Part shown: one piece after another, positions 48,868-58,768 of the stretch | Position numbering within the stretch: the first letter of the stretch is position 1 | How the letters are laid out: every line of letters starts with the position of its first letter | Assembly (NCBI GenBank): GCA_965205505.1 | Contig: CBDBHB010000009.1 | Coordinates: forward strand, 1,152,001 to 1,216,000 | Source of the DNA: Acidobacteriota bacterium | Lineage (GTDB): Bacteria > Acidobacteriota > UBA890 > WLXD01 | Reading direction: 5' to 3' | DNA: 64,000 nt | Translations under genes and position numbers: made by a program | Notes under the pieces: model-generated | Database searches by the model: none | The model's input: the letters and a program-made list of their open reading frames with translations, nothing else | Told to the model about the DNA's origin: nothing

Positions 48868-51100
48868 TCAGCGGGAAAGCAGCGGCCTGACGTCTTGCTC
48901 AATGACCTGGTTCAACCGGTTCCGTTGGATCTCGAAGCGTTCCGAGAGGTCCTCGAGTACCGCGTACATCGATTCCGTCGGTCTGGCATCGGCCGCGCTG
49001 ACATAACCCAAGAGGCTGCTCATCTTCTGGATCAAGCCCGGGGCGCCCCACATCATCGGGTGGTCCGGGGACCCCATCCATATCGTGAGAACGCCCTCGA
49101 TCTCCCTCAATTGCCCCAGGATCCCGCTGGCTTTCACCTTCGAATCCTCCCGCAGTTTAGGCCAGCGACGCCGATCTCAGGGCCCAGTTCGAGCTCATGG
49201 TTGAGCTCAGCGATCGGCTTTCGCAAGTGGTCGACATCGTGATCAGAATCCGAGAGGTCCGAGCCCTGGACCGTACTGTCGTCGGTGCCCACCCAGAGCT
49301 CACCCTCCTGCAGGGGAGACTCTGCGACGGTCCGGATGAGGCTCACGTAGAAAAGCGACGACGCGTTGGAGCTGATGGGCCTTCCGGGGATCGTGCCCAT
49401 CGCCTCCCGGTGGTTCCGCGTGAGATCGGCACTGATGCGGTCCCAGGACTTGCCTTCGTCAGTGGATCGGAAGACGTACTGCGCCCCCGTGTAGAGAACG
49501 CCAGGATCGTGCGGCGACAGAAGCATCGGGAACGAGTAGTAGAACCGGTACTTCACGTCTTCGACGGCTGTACCGAACTCCACCTCGGGCCAGACGCTGA
49601 TGTGCGGGGCCTGCCCGGTTGCCCGGTCGAAACGGACCGTCCTGGTCCGATCGTTCGCATAGACCACGCTGCCGTCAGGCTTCACCGCCGTGTGCCCGCC
49701 CTCGCCGGCCGGAATGGGAAGGTAGTGCTTCCAGCCGATGAACCGATCGTCGGTTCGGCTCGGGATCGCGATGTGGCTGTTGTCGTTCTGAGCTCCGTAG
49801 AGCCAGTAGGGCTCCTGGTCGTCTACCGCCAGACTGAGAAGATCTGCGGTGGGCTGGTTCTCCAGGCTCGACCAGGACTCGCCACCGTTCAACGTCACCG
49901 AGGCCCCCCCGTCGCCTCCTTCGATTATTCGGCGAGAATCGTTCGGATCGATCCACAACGCATGAGGGTCCCAGTTCTCCAGGCGTACACGTTGGAAGGT
50001 GCGGCCCGCGTCCGTGGACTTATGCAAACCGCTGATGGGCTGGATATAGACGACGTCGGGATCCTGGGGGTCGGCGGTGATGTGGTTGTACGAATTGGGG
50101 ATCTCCATCTTGCCGGGGTCTTGATGCGTCAACTGCCAGGTGGCCGCGCCGTCGTCGGAACGATAGATCCCGCCCTCGCCTCCGTCGGCCTCGACGAACG
50201 CATACACCCGGTCAGGGTCAGCCGGGGAGATGGATATTCCGATCTTGCCGACCATCCCCTCTGGCATTCCGGGGTTGTGGGTGATGTCCGTCCAGGTATC
50301 CCCACCATCCGTGGTCTTGAAGAGTCCGGTGCCGGGCCCGCCGCTCACCTCGTCTGACAGGTAGGTCACATGGTGGTTCAGGGCGGCGATGATCAGCTGT
50401 GGGTTCGAGCAATCGATCGTCAGATCCACACCGCCGGAAAACACGTTCCGATACAGGATTTGTTCCCACGTCTCCCCCCCCCATCCGTGGTGCGGTAGAA
50501 GCCGCGTTCCGGGTTGGGGCCGAACATGTCGCCCATTGCCGCCACGTAGACGATGTCGGGATTGGTGGGATGAATACGCAGCCTGGCGATGTGCCGGGTC
50601 TCTCGAAGGCCCACGTGGGTCCACGTCTCGCCGCCGTCGGTCGATTTGTAGACCCCGTCTCCGGGCGAGATGAACTGCCGTTGAAGCCCCTCACCAGTTC
50701 CCGCGAAGATCACCTGGGGATCCGAGAGCGAAACGTCCAGGGCTCCCACCGCCGGGAACTCGAAGAAGCCGTCCGACACGTTCCGCCAGTTCCTTCCGGC
50801 GTCGGTGGTCTTCCACACACCGCCGTGGGCAGCCCCGAAATAGAAGACGAGGGGGTTGTCGGCATCTCCCGCCACCGCCGGGGCACGCCCTCCACGGAAG
50901 GGCCCGACGAACCGCCACTCGAGGGCCGAAAGAAAGCCAGGATCTACGCTCGGATCGTCGGCGAGCACGGCTGCGCCCACGACTGCGCCCATGCCCACGG
51001 CACTGCAGCCGCCGAGGCCTCCCAACAGCACAAGCAGGGCAACACCCGCGGTGGAGAACATCCTCGAGCCGACTCGGGCAACACGGCGAAGCGCATTCAT
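48868..51100 (-). pseudogene. Second VPS10/BNR protein gene, degraded (frameshift, about 1-kb deletion, internal inversion)
   Basis: WRFVGPFRGGR and BNR repeats; frameshift in a poly-C run near 50474-50482; C-terminal fragment 48868-49160; inverted block 49161-49268. Confidence 0.85.
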
Positions 51101-51576
51101 CGCGTAATCGTGAGCCTGACGTTCCCCAGCGGGTTGTAATCGGCCAGGTCAACATTGGTGACGGCGTTGTAGTGGGTGAATGTCCCCAGCTTGAACGAGG
51201 TCCCATCGGTGGGCACGCTGGCGCCGTACACTCCGTCGAAACCGAATCCGCTCTGGTCGGCAAAATCGTGGCAGGGCGGAGGATCATCGTTCACGTCCTG
51301 AGCCCCATACCGCACTTGGTTCTCGTCGTTTGTCGCCTGGTTCTGAATGGCCGGGTCGGTGTCGCTGATGGCATCAGGCCTAGCACCGGGGCCCGTAGCC
51401 CAGCGGTCGCAGTTGGCGCCTTCTCCATCGGTTCCTGGGTCGGAGATTCCCCATACGCCATCAACGTCGACGATGGCGTCCTGGGCCGCGCCGGCCACCC
51501 CAAGCGTCAGAGAGAGCGCCAGAGCCAGCAGCATCATGACTGGCAGTAGTCCTGGTGCCTTCGCTTGGTGTTTCAT
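51097..51576 (-). pseudogene. THxN / choice-of-anchor-K-like secreted protein, apparently truncated
   Basis: Signal peptide; NQVRYG, QSGFGF and FKLGTFTHYN motifs; ends shortly after the THxN motif. Confidence 0.5.
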
Positions 51577-51701
51577 CTAGGTATAGAAGCTCACTTATGC
51601 CCCTCAGATTTCGCGGCACCATAGCACGAGCGAAAGGGAGCCAAGTCAGGGCAGTCGCCGTGCGCGTTTTAGGATGACCGCCAGAGTTCTTCAGCACCCT
51701 G

Positions 51702-51980
51702 CGAGTGTCCTGTAACAGAGGTTCGTTGCATATTGTGGCGAGCGCGACTGAGTCGAATCCAAGGAGGCACGACGACGGCGATGCTGAGGGTATCGCAGAG
51801 GAGGGCCGACGCCGGAGGTGGCCGGTCCCGCGGCCACCCGGAGGGCTGGGTCGATATGGGGGCAATCTCAGCGTTGCGATTCGTCGACGATGGCCACCGC
51901 ATCGCCATCCTCATCACGCCTTGAGCTTGCCCCCATCTCGTCCCAGCAATATGCAACGAACCTCTGTTACAGGACATTAG
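51702..51980. mobile_element. 279-bp two-armed palindromic MITE-like element, copy 3
   Basis: Perfect 30-bp TIRs at 51706-51735 and 51947-51976; bounded by CGAG and TTAG; centre CCCGGAGGG. Confidence 0.88.
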
Positions 51981-51992
51981 ACGGAGAAGTCA

Positions 51993-52862
51993 TTGAGCGA
52001 ACTGACCGGGATCAACCTGGCGATGCAAACCCCGATGCATGCCGACGGCAGCATCGACTATGCACGCTGGGAAGAGTTAATCGACCTCTACATCGACGCC
52101 GGCGTCCATGGGCTGGTGCTCGGTGCTGGCACCGGGCAGCATCCCTACCTCACCCGACAGGAATGCGATCGGCTTTACGAGCTCGGCGCCGGGCGTATCG
52201 AGGCACGCTGTAACCTGATTTGCCAGACCTCGGCGCTGGTGCCCGACGAAGTGATCGAGCGCAGCAAGCACGCTCAGGGACTCGGCGCCGATGCGCTGAT
52301 GATTCTGCCGCCCTACCTCGAAGGCCCCGAGGACGACGACGGGTTGTTGGCGTTTTACGAGGCCGTCGATGCCGCGATCGAAACCGACGTCATCGGCTAC
52401 AACATCCCGCAAGCCACCGGCATCGGTGTTTCGGTCGACCTGTTCAAGCGCCTGAACCAGCTCGAGCATTTCAACTACATCAAAGACAGCGCCGGCGACC
52501 TGGCCACCCACCAGGAATACCTCGCCACCGGATACAACGTGTTGAACGGGTGCGATCCCAACACCGTTTTCAGCTTCATCGCCGGGGCGCAAGGGTGTAT
52601 CTGGGGTGGCGCAAACTACATGCCGCACGAGAGCGTGCGCCTGTTCGAGCTGGTAGCCAGCAACGACATCGCCGGCGCCATGGAACTGTGGTCGCGCATG
52701 ATCCCGTCGCTGCTCTGCATCTGGAGAGGCAACTATGTTCCCAAGGTCAAGGCTGCCTCCCGGCAGCGTGGTTTCGACGGCGGTGCCGTGCGCGCGCCGC
52801 TGCAAGAACTATCAGTCGAGGAGGCGCGTGAGCTCGCGGCCTCTCTCGAGCCGCTGGGTTGA
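51993..52862 (+). CDS. DapA/NAL-family aldolase/lyase
   Basis: TPM, G-GTG, LPPY, YNIP and IKDS motifs; lacks the canonical DHDPS GTTGE. Confidence 0.85.
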   Translation: MSELTGINLAMQTPMHADGSIDYARWEELIDLYIDAGVHGLVLGAGTGQHPYLTRQECDRLYELGAGRIEARCNLICQTSALVPDEVIERSKHAQGLGADALMILPPYLEGPEDDDGLLAFYEAVDAAIETDVIGYNIPQATGIGVSVDLFKRLNQLEHFNYIKDSAGDLATHQEYLATGYNVLNGCDPNTVFSFIAGAQGCIWGGANYMPHESVRLFELVASNDIAGAMELWSRMIPSLLCIWRGNYVPKVKAASRQRGFDGGAVRAPLQELSVEEARELAASLEPLG

Positions 52863-52967
52863 GCCGCATGTGAACGGCGGACGCAGACGGGCATTGTCAA
52901 CTTGACGGAGATCCTGGCAGAGTGCGGCGATGATTACCGCCGCGAGCCGCGATCGCAGACGAGGTCG

Positions 52968-54725
52968 ATGATGCAGAAGGCCGTAGGGATAGGGGTTGCT
53001 GCCATGCTGGTCGTGGCGTCCGTGGCCGCGCCTGCCGCTCCGCAGGTCTCGAGCACGGTCGTTGCCGACGTGATCTATCGCAACGGCAAGATCTTCAAGG
53101 GCCTCGATGAGGGCTTCGCGGAGGCGGTCGCGGTGCGCGACGGCAGGATCATCGCGGTGGGAGCCGACGAGCTACTGCTGACCCACCGGGGCGAGGCGAC
53201 ACGCCTTGTCGATCTCGATGGCCGCACGATGCTGCCAGGGTTTTTCGACAACCACATCCACCTCGGGCGCGACGGCCCCCGGCTGATGGAGTGGAAGGGC
53301 GGCCTGATCGCGGAGGTGCCCGAGTGGATTCGCGATGCGACCGAGATCACCGGCCTGCAGGACGCGTTGCGCGACAAGGCGGCCGAAACGCCGCAGGGAG
53401 ATTGGATTCTGGGGGCGCTGAGCCGTGAGGTTTGGCCGAACCAGACCCTGCCCACGCGGTGGGACCTGGACGAAGGCGCGTTCGACCACCCGGTGCTGCT
53501 CACGCGGGGTCCGCACACCACGATTCTCAATTCCCGCGCCCTCACCCTGGTGGGGATCAGCCGCTCCACGCACTCCGCCGGCGGCGGCGAGGTTGGCAAG
53601 GACGCCACCGGTGAGCCCGACGGCCGGCTCTACGACGCCGCGCGGCGCCTGGTCGAGGAGGAGGCGCCTTCGCGTCGGGCCACGGTGATCGATCAGCGAC
53701 AGGCCATCGAGAACATGCGTCGCAGCTTGCTCCAGCACGCCAGCGGAGGTGTGACGAGCGTCAACATCGCGTCGGTGCGCCCGGACGAGCTGCGCACCAT
53801 CCAGACACTCTACGAGCGTCATGGCGAGGAGCTTCCGCGGGCCACGGTTCAGCTACGTCTGCGGCCTGGCTACGATGCCTACGACGACCTCGATCTAGCG
53901 GTTCGCGAGGCCGTCCAGGAGCTCGAGTCGATCGGCTTCGTCACCGGGTTCGGCGACGATCGACTTCGGCTCGGCGCCATCAAGATGAGCATTGACGGCG
54001 GTTTGAGCGCGCCGGCGTTCTGGTCGCTCGAGCCCTACGAGAACCGCCCGGAGTTCCAGGGCGTGGTGCGCATTCCGGCCACCGCCTTCTATCCGGTGGC
54101 CCGGCGGGCCCATGAGCTGGGTTGGCAGCTCGGGATCCATGCCATCGGAGACGGTGCCGCCAAGATGGTGGTGGAGCAGCTGGAGCGGATCCTCACCGAG
54201 CTGCCGCGCCAGGATCACCGCCATTACCTGCACCACGTATCCGTCAAGCCGCCGCAGGCGACCATCGACGCGATGGCGCGCCTCGGTATCGGCGTTGCCA
54301 GCCAGCCAAGCTTCACCGTCGGTCTCGGAGCGTTCGCCACCGAGGCGCTTGATGGCGACCGCGAGGCCACGATGAACCCCACTCGATCGCTGCTCGACGC
54401 CGGCGTATGGGTGAGCTGGGGCTCGGACGGCGCGCCCTACGGTCCGCGCGTCAGTCTGTGGGCCGGGATCACGCGGAAGGGTTGGGACGATCGGGTGTAC
54501 GGCCCGGCAGAGGCCGTTACGCGCTCGGAGGCCGTCCACCTGCATACGTGGGCACCCGCCTACCAGACCTTCTCGGAGGACGTGAAGGGGACCATCGAGG
54601 TTGGCAAGCTGGCAGACTTCGTAGTGCTGGGAGAGGACGTGTTCACGATCGACGTGGATCGGATCCGCTACGTCCCGATACTGCGGACGATCGTGGGGGG
54701 ACGCGAGATTTACGCACGAGAGTGA
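52968..54725 (+). CDS. Amidohydrolase 3 family secreted protein
   Basis: PGFFDNHIH, HAIGD, GSDG and KGTIEVGKLADFVVL motifs. Confidence 0.88.
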   Translation: MMQKAVGIGVAAMLVVASVAAPAAPQVSSTVVADVIYRNGKIFKGLDEGFAEAVAVRDGRIIAVGADELLLTHRGEATRLVDLDGRTMLPGFFDNHIHLGRDGPRLMEWKGGLIAEVPEWIRDATEITGLQDALRDKAAETPQGDWILGALSREVWPNQTLPTRWDLDEGAFDHPVLLTRGPHTTILNSRALTLVGISRSTHSAGGGEVGKDATGEPDGRLYDAARRLVEEEAPSRRATVIDQRQAIENMRRSLLQHASGGVTSVNIASVRPDELRTIQTLYERHGEELPRATVQLRLRPGYDAYDDLDLAVREAVQELESIGFVTGFGDDRLRLGAIKMSIDGGLSAPAFWSLEPYENRPEFQGVVRIPATAFYPVARRAHELGWQLGIHAIGDGAAKMVVEQLERILTELPRQDHRHYLHHVSVKPPQATIDAMARLGIGVASQPSFTVGLGAFATEALDGDREATMNPTRSLLDAGVWVSWGSDGAPYGPRVSLWAGITRKGWDDRVYGPAEAVTRSEAVHLHTWAPAYQTFSEDVKGTIEVGKLADFVVLGEDVFTIDVDRIRYVPILRTIVGGREIYARE

Positions 54726-54817
54726 CCGGTAACGAGGGTGTGAGTGTGGAGGGTGGCCCACGATATGCTCGCGCGCGACCAGGCTCCGGTGGCTTGAGCT
54801 CGGGGAGGTCAGCAGTC

Positions 54818-56371
54818 ATGCAGGAAAGGCGCGAGCACACGTCCTGGGGTTTTGCTTCCTGCATAGGAAAGTCTGCCGCGATCATCATGTTTGCCTTCGT
54901 CGGCTTCGAACTGCAGGCACAGGATGCCGGGGTGCTCCTGGACACCGACGGAGAGGTTCGCGACGAGGCGTTCGACTACATGCGCATGCCCTTGTCGGGC
55001 CGCGATTGGGTGTATGCAGATATCGACGGGCATCACATCAAGGAACTGCTCGAAGAGGTCGTGTCTATTTCGCGCCGCAGCCGGGACGACGGCAACAGGT
55101 ACTGGGGTCGGATCTCTGGTTCAGAGTACGAGGTGATGACGGCGGACTGGCTCGAGGCGAAGTTCCGCGATCTCGGACTGGAGAACATCCATCGCGTGTC
55201 GTTCGAGCTGGGACGACAGTGGTGGCCGCGGGATTGGGAGCTGACCGCGACCGGTAGCGGACAGATGCTCACCTTCTCCAGTGTGTACCCGGCGCCGCCA
55301 CGTACAGTCTGGGGTTCAGGCCGATACACGGACCAAGCGGTGGTCACTCCTTCCGAGATGTCCGACCCGCTCAGCGTCGACGCGGTCTGGGTTGGCCTGG
55401 GCACCGCCGCGGACTTTGCCGGCCGTCAAGTAGCTGGCAAAGCCGTCGTGTTCCAGGCGATGCTCGCGCCCGGCCAGATGGGGAACTCCTCGCGTTGGGA
55501 AGAGGTGACCCAGCGTGCAGAGGCGGAGGGCGCCGCGCTGGCGATCGGCATCTGGGGATATGCCGAGAACTTGGGTGTGATCCAGGACATGCCAGCGTTG
55601 GATACACCTGGTTTCTGGATCGGGTACGAAGACGGCAGGCGACTGCGAGACCTGATCGCGGCCGGGTCGGTGAAGATCTCCGCAAGCCTGGAGCTCGACA
55701 TGCGCGAGGGGCTAACGAGCCCGAGCCAGTACGCAACGCTGTCCGGCATGACGAACGAGACGATCATCGTCACAGCGCATCAAGACGGGTGGTTCGATGC
55801 GGCTCTGGACAACGCATCGGGTCTGGCGGTGATGGTTGCGCTGGCGGAGCACTTCTCCCGGCTGCCTCGAGAACAGCGCCGCCGGAACATGATCTTCATC
55901 GGCACTGCCGGTCACCACATCGGCTCGCCTAACTCGCCCTACATGCTCGAACAGGGGATGCTCGACAGGTGCGCGCTGTTGCTCAACGCCGAGCACATCG
56001 CGTCCGCGCAGTTCCTGGGTTACGGGACCGAGCTGAGACGAACGGCGGGCATCTCGCCCCGCCGGTGGTGGGTACACGGAAGCGACGCGCTGCTCGACGT
56101 GGCGCTCGACGCCTACCGTACCTTCGGAGTGAGCCTCGTCGGGCCGATGCATCCGAGCGCCTCAGGCGAGATCGGATCGATAGACGAGGAGGCGCCCTCG
56201 ATCCAGCTCATCCGCTCTCCTGAGCACAAGCACACGGATCTGGACATTGCGGCGCTGATCCCCTCAGTCGGACTCGAGGCCGTGGCTCGCGCGTTCGCCA
56301 AGATCATCGACGGGGCCAACGAGCTGAGCCTCGCCGAGTTGCTACGCAAGCCCGTGCCGACGACGAACTAA
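54818..56371 (+). CDS. M28-family peptidase-like protein with PA domain
   Basis: WGRISG, AHQDGWFDAALDNASG, AGHH and NAEH motifs; start uncertain. Confidence 0.7.
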   Translation: MQERREHTSWGFASCIGKSAAIIMFAFVGFELQAQDAGVLLDTDGEVRDEAFDYMRMPLSGRDWVYADIDGHHIKELLEEVVSISRRSRDDGNRYWGRISGSEYEVMTADWLEAKFRDLGLENIHRVSFELGRQWWPRDWELTATGSGQMLTFSSVYPAPPRTVWGSGRYTDQAVVTPSEMSDPLSVDAVWVGLGTAADFAGRQVAGKAVVFQAMLAPGQMGNSSRWEEVTQRAEAEGAALAIGIWGYAENLGVIQDMPALDTPGFWIGYEDGRRLRDLIAAGSVKISASLELDMREGLTSPSQYATLSGMTNETIIVTAHQDGWFDAALDNASGLAVMVALAEHFSRLPREQRRRNMIFIGTAGHHIGSPNSPYMLEQGMLDRCALLLNAEHIASAQFLGYGTELRRTAGISPRRWWVHGSDALLDVALDAYRTFGVSLVGPMHPSASGEIGSIDEEAPSIQLIRSPEHKHTDLDIAALIPSVGLEAVARAFAKIIDGANELSLAELLRKPVPTTN

Positions 56372-56425
56372 CGTGTGATTCTCGTTGGCGTCAGCCCTGC
56401 GGCTCTCAGCGGAGATCTGGTCCGT

Positions 56426-58582
56426 TCACCGCACTAGCGGGTCGGGTCGCAGCTGGAACTTCACGACCTTGCTTGTCGTGCCTTTGCCTCCTTCGAGGTG
56501 AAAAGGCGTTCGGGTGCTGTATGTCGCCCACAGGCCCTTGCCCTTCCAGCCGGTGCTCGGATCATCGATGCGGCCATCCAACCACTTGGTGTAGAACCCA
56601 AGCGGATAGGGCACGCGCATGACGACCCACTCTCCGTCCTTCAGGGCCAGCAGCGCTTCGGACCCGTTGCCCGTATTAATCGGCACGTTTTCGCCCAATC
56701 CCAACGTGTCGAACTGATCCACCCAGGTGTAGTAGCTAGCCTCGGCGCTGCCCGAATCCGTGACGCCTTTGAGTTGCGGTAGCGGCTCTGGATAGAAGGT
56801 CCAGCCTTCCGGGCAGTGCTGGCCGGTCGCCGTCGGCCCGTTGAGCGGCCCCGTACACTTGCGGCGGTCGAAGCTGGCGAGGTGTCCGCTGGCAAGGGGC
56901 GTCCATACGACACCGTTGCGGTCGATGTCCATTCCGCGCGGTGAGTACCCTTGCACCGTTGCCTCCGGGTTGCCCCACGGCAGCAGGTAGTTTTCCGTCA
57001 GAGCCGTCGCCGGCGGGTCTGGCCCCGGGTCGAGCCGAATAATCGAGCCGGGGAAGCCCAACGACGATCCCCAGATCGATCCATCGACGGGGCTCACGGC
57101 AACGCCGTAGTAGCCTGCGCTGATCCGCTTGTCCTTGGTGGGATCGATGGGCTCGTCGGGCTCCACATAGGTATCCCGTTTGCCGTTGCCGTTGGTGTCG
57201 AGGATGAGCGCAGTCCAACCCTGCGACTTTTCCTCATCGCCGGTCTCGTCGAACATCTTCGTGTTCAGCCAGCCGATGACCTGGCCGCCACCGCTTGTCC
57301 ACAGGGTGTGGTCAGCATCCTCGGCGAACACCAAATGGTGGGTGCTGAAACAGGTGCTGATGAGCGCGAACTCCTCCAACGTCGAATCGTACATAGCGAG
57401 ATGGCGGCCCGATCCGGCGACAGGAAACAGCTGCGCCGAAGGATGGTCCGACCCTTCTTGACAAAAAGCAGGATTCTCACGCGGGCGGACTCTCGAGGTA
57501 AGCCAGAGCCGTCCCTGCTGATCGAGCATCGGATTGTGCGCGTTGGCGCGACTGGTCCAGATCGCTTCGTTTCCCCAGTAGGGTGACGGCTTTAGTGGTG
57601 GTCCCGAGGCGACGGGGGTGTCCGGATCGCGGACCGGCAGTGTCACTTGGGTCGCCGTGTGACGCACTGGATCCAGGACCGGCGTGTAGTCCGCACTGGC
57701 CTCGAGCGCCCCGTAAATCGGGCCATTGGCGTTGACGGTGGGGTTCCGCTTGTCGGTGGAAACCTGATCGTGGAGATACGCCTTCGGGTCGGCCCAGTCC
57801 CACTGGGTAATGACGACATTGCGCTCCAAACCTTGCGGTCTGGGCGGCGTCTCCGGCAGTTCTCCGGCGGTGATCCGTTCGCTCCAGTCGGCGAACACCT
57901 CCAACGTCCGCCGCCGGCCCATCCTGTTGAGGCCGTTGCGCATGCTCCCGCCCGCCTGGCCGGACTCGATGCGCCGCTCCCACGCGGCCACCAGGGAGTC
58001 GAACTCGCCCAGCTCTGCGGGGATCTCCCGCGTGGCCTTGTTGCCCATTTGATGACAGGCCATGCAGCCACCCGACTTCACCGCCCTGAGCCACTCGGCC
58101 TGGCTTCCCATGTTCGATGAGATGCCATTGCCTTGGGGTCCCGTGCCCGGGAACTCGTCCGTGCCCGGTGCCTGGATCAGTGAAAACCAGTACCCGGCCG
58201 GGTAGTATTGCGCTGCCGCGTGTGGATCGGGTGCCGCCACCGCTGTCAGGTTCTGAACAGTGCCCGGCGTGACCGGAACCTTCGACGAATCGACCAGCCC
58301 GTAGCCGCGTACCCACACGTCGTAGCTCGCGTTCGGTAGGTCGGGGAGCAGGTAGCGTCCGCTATCGTCCGTGACCACGATCTTGTTGAGCTTGGTGGGC
58401 AGGTCGGTTGTTTCCGCGATGACCCAGACACCCGCCTCGGGCCCGAGCGGTCCGCTTACCACCCCGCCGATGTCATCGTCGTCAATGCGCACGGTGTCGC
58501 CGGGTTGCTGGCAGGCACTCAATGCGGCCAGCGACGCGGCCGCGAAGACGACGATGCCAACTCCCACGATTCTCAAAGACAT
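56426..58582 (-). CDS. Lipoprotein: carboxypeptidase-regulatory-like domain + c-type heme + beta-propeller
   Basis: LSAC lipobox; GVWVIAET...TDDSGRY...WVRGYGL; CMACH; ends FQLRPDPL. Confidence 0.75.
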   Translation of the reverse strand: MSLRIVGVGIVVFAAASLAALSACQQPGDTVRIDDDDIGGVVSGPLGPEAGVWVIAETTDLPTKLNKIVVTDDSGRYLLPDLPNASYDVWVRGYGLVDSSKVPVTPGTVQNLTAVAAPDPHAAAQYYPAGYWFSLIQAPGTDEFPGTGPQGNGISSNMGSQAEWLRAVKSGGCMACHQMGNKATREIPAELGEFDSLVAAWERRIESGQAGGSMRNGLNRMGRRRTLEVFADWSERITAGELPETPPRPQGLERNVVITQWDWADPKAYLHDQVSTDKRNPTVNANGPIYGALEASADYTPVLDPVRHTATQVTLPVRDPDTPVASGPPLKPSPYWGNEAIWTSRANAHNPMLDQQGRLWLTSRVRPRENPAFCQEGSDHPSAQLFPVAGSGRHLAMYDSTLEEFALISTCFSTHHLVFAEDADHTLWTSGGGQVIGWLNTKMFDETGDEEKSQGWTALILDTNGNGKRDTYVEPDEPIDPTKDKRISAGYYGVAVSPVDGSIWGSSLGFPGSIIRLDPGPDPPATALTENYLLPWGNPEATVQGYSPRGMDIDRNGVVWTPLASGHLASFDRRKCTGPLNGPTATGQHCPEGWTFYPEPLPQLKGVTDSGSAEASYYTWVDQFDTLGLGENVPINTGNGSEALLALKDGEWVVMRVPYPLGFYTKWLDGRIDDPSTGWKGKGLWATYSTRTPFHLEGGKGTTSKVVKFQLRPDPLVR

Positions 58583-58768
58583 GACTCCTCTCGCCGTGCT
58601 GTCTGTTCCCTCCTGCGGTCGCTGCGCCTGAAGCCTATCGCTGGAGCGTGCGAGATCCAACGGAGTCTTCAACTTGGTCAGCCCCGACCGCGAGGACGTC
58701 CGGAATGCTGCGGTCTGTCCGTGCACGGCGCAGTTGATCTCGTTTCCTTAACTTGACAGTATCCGCTG

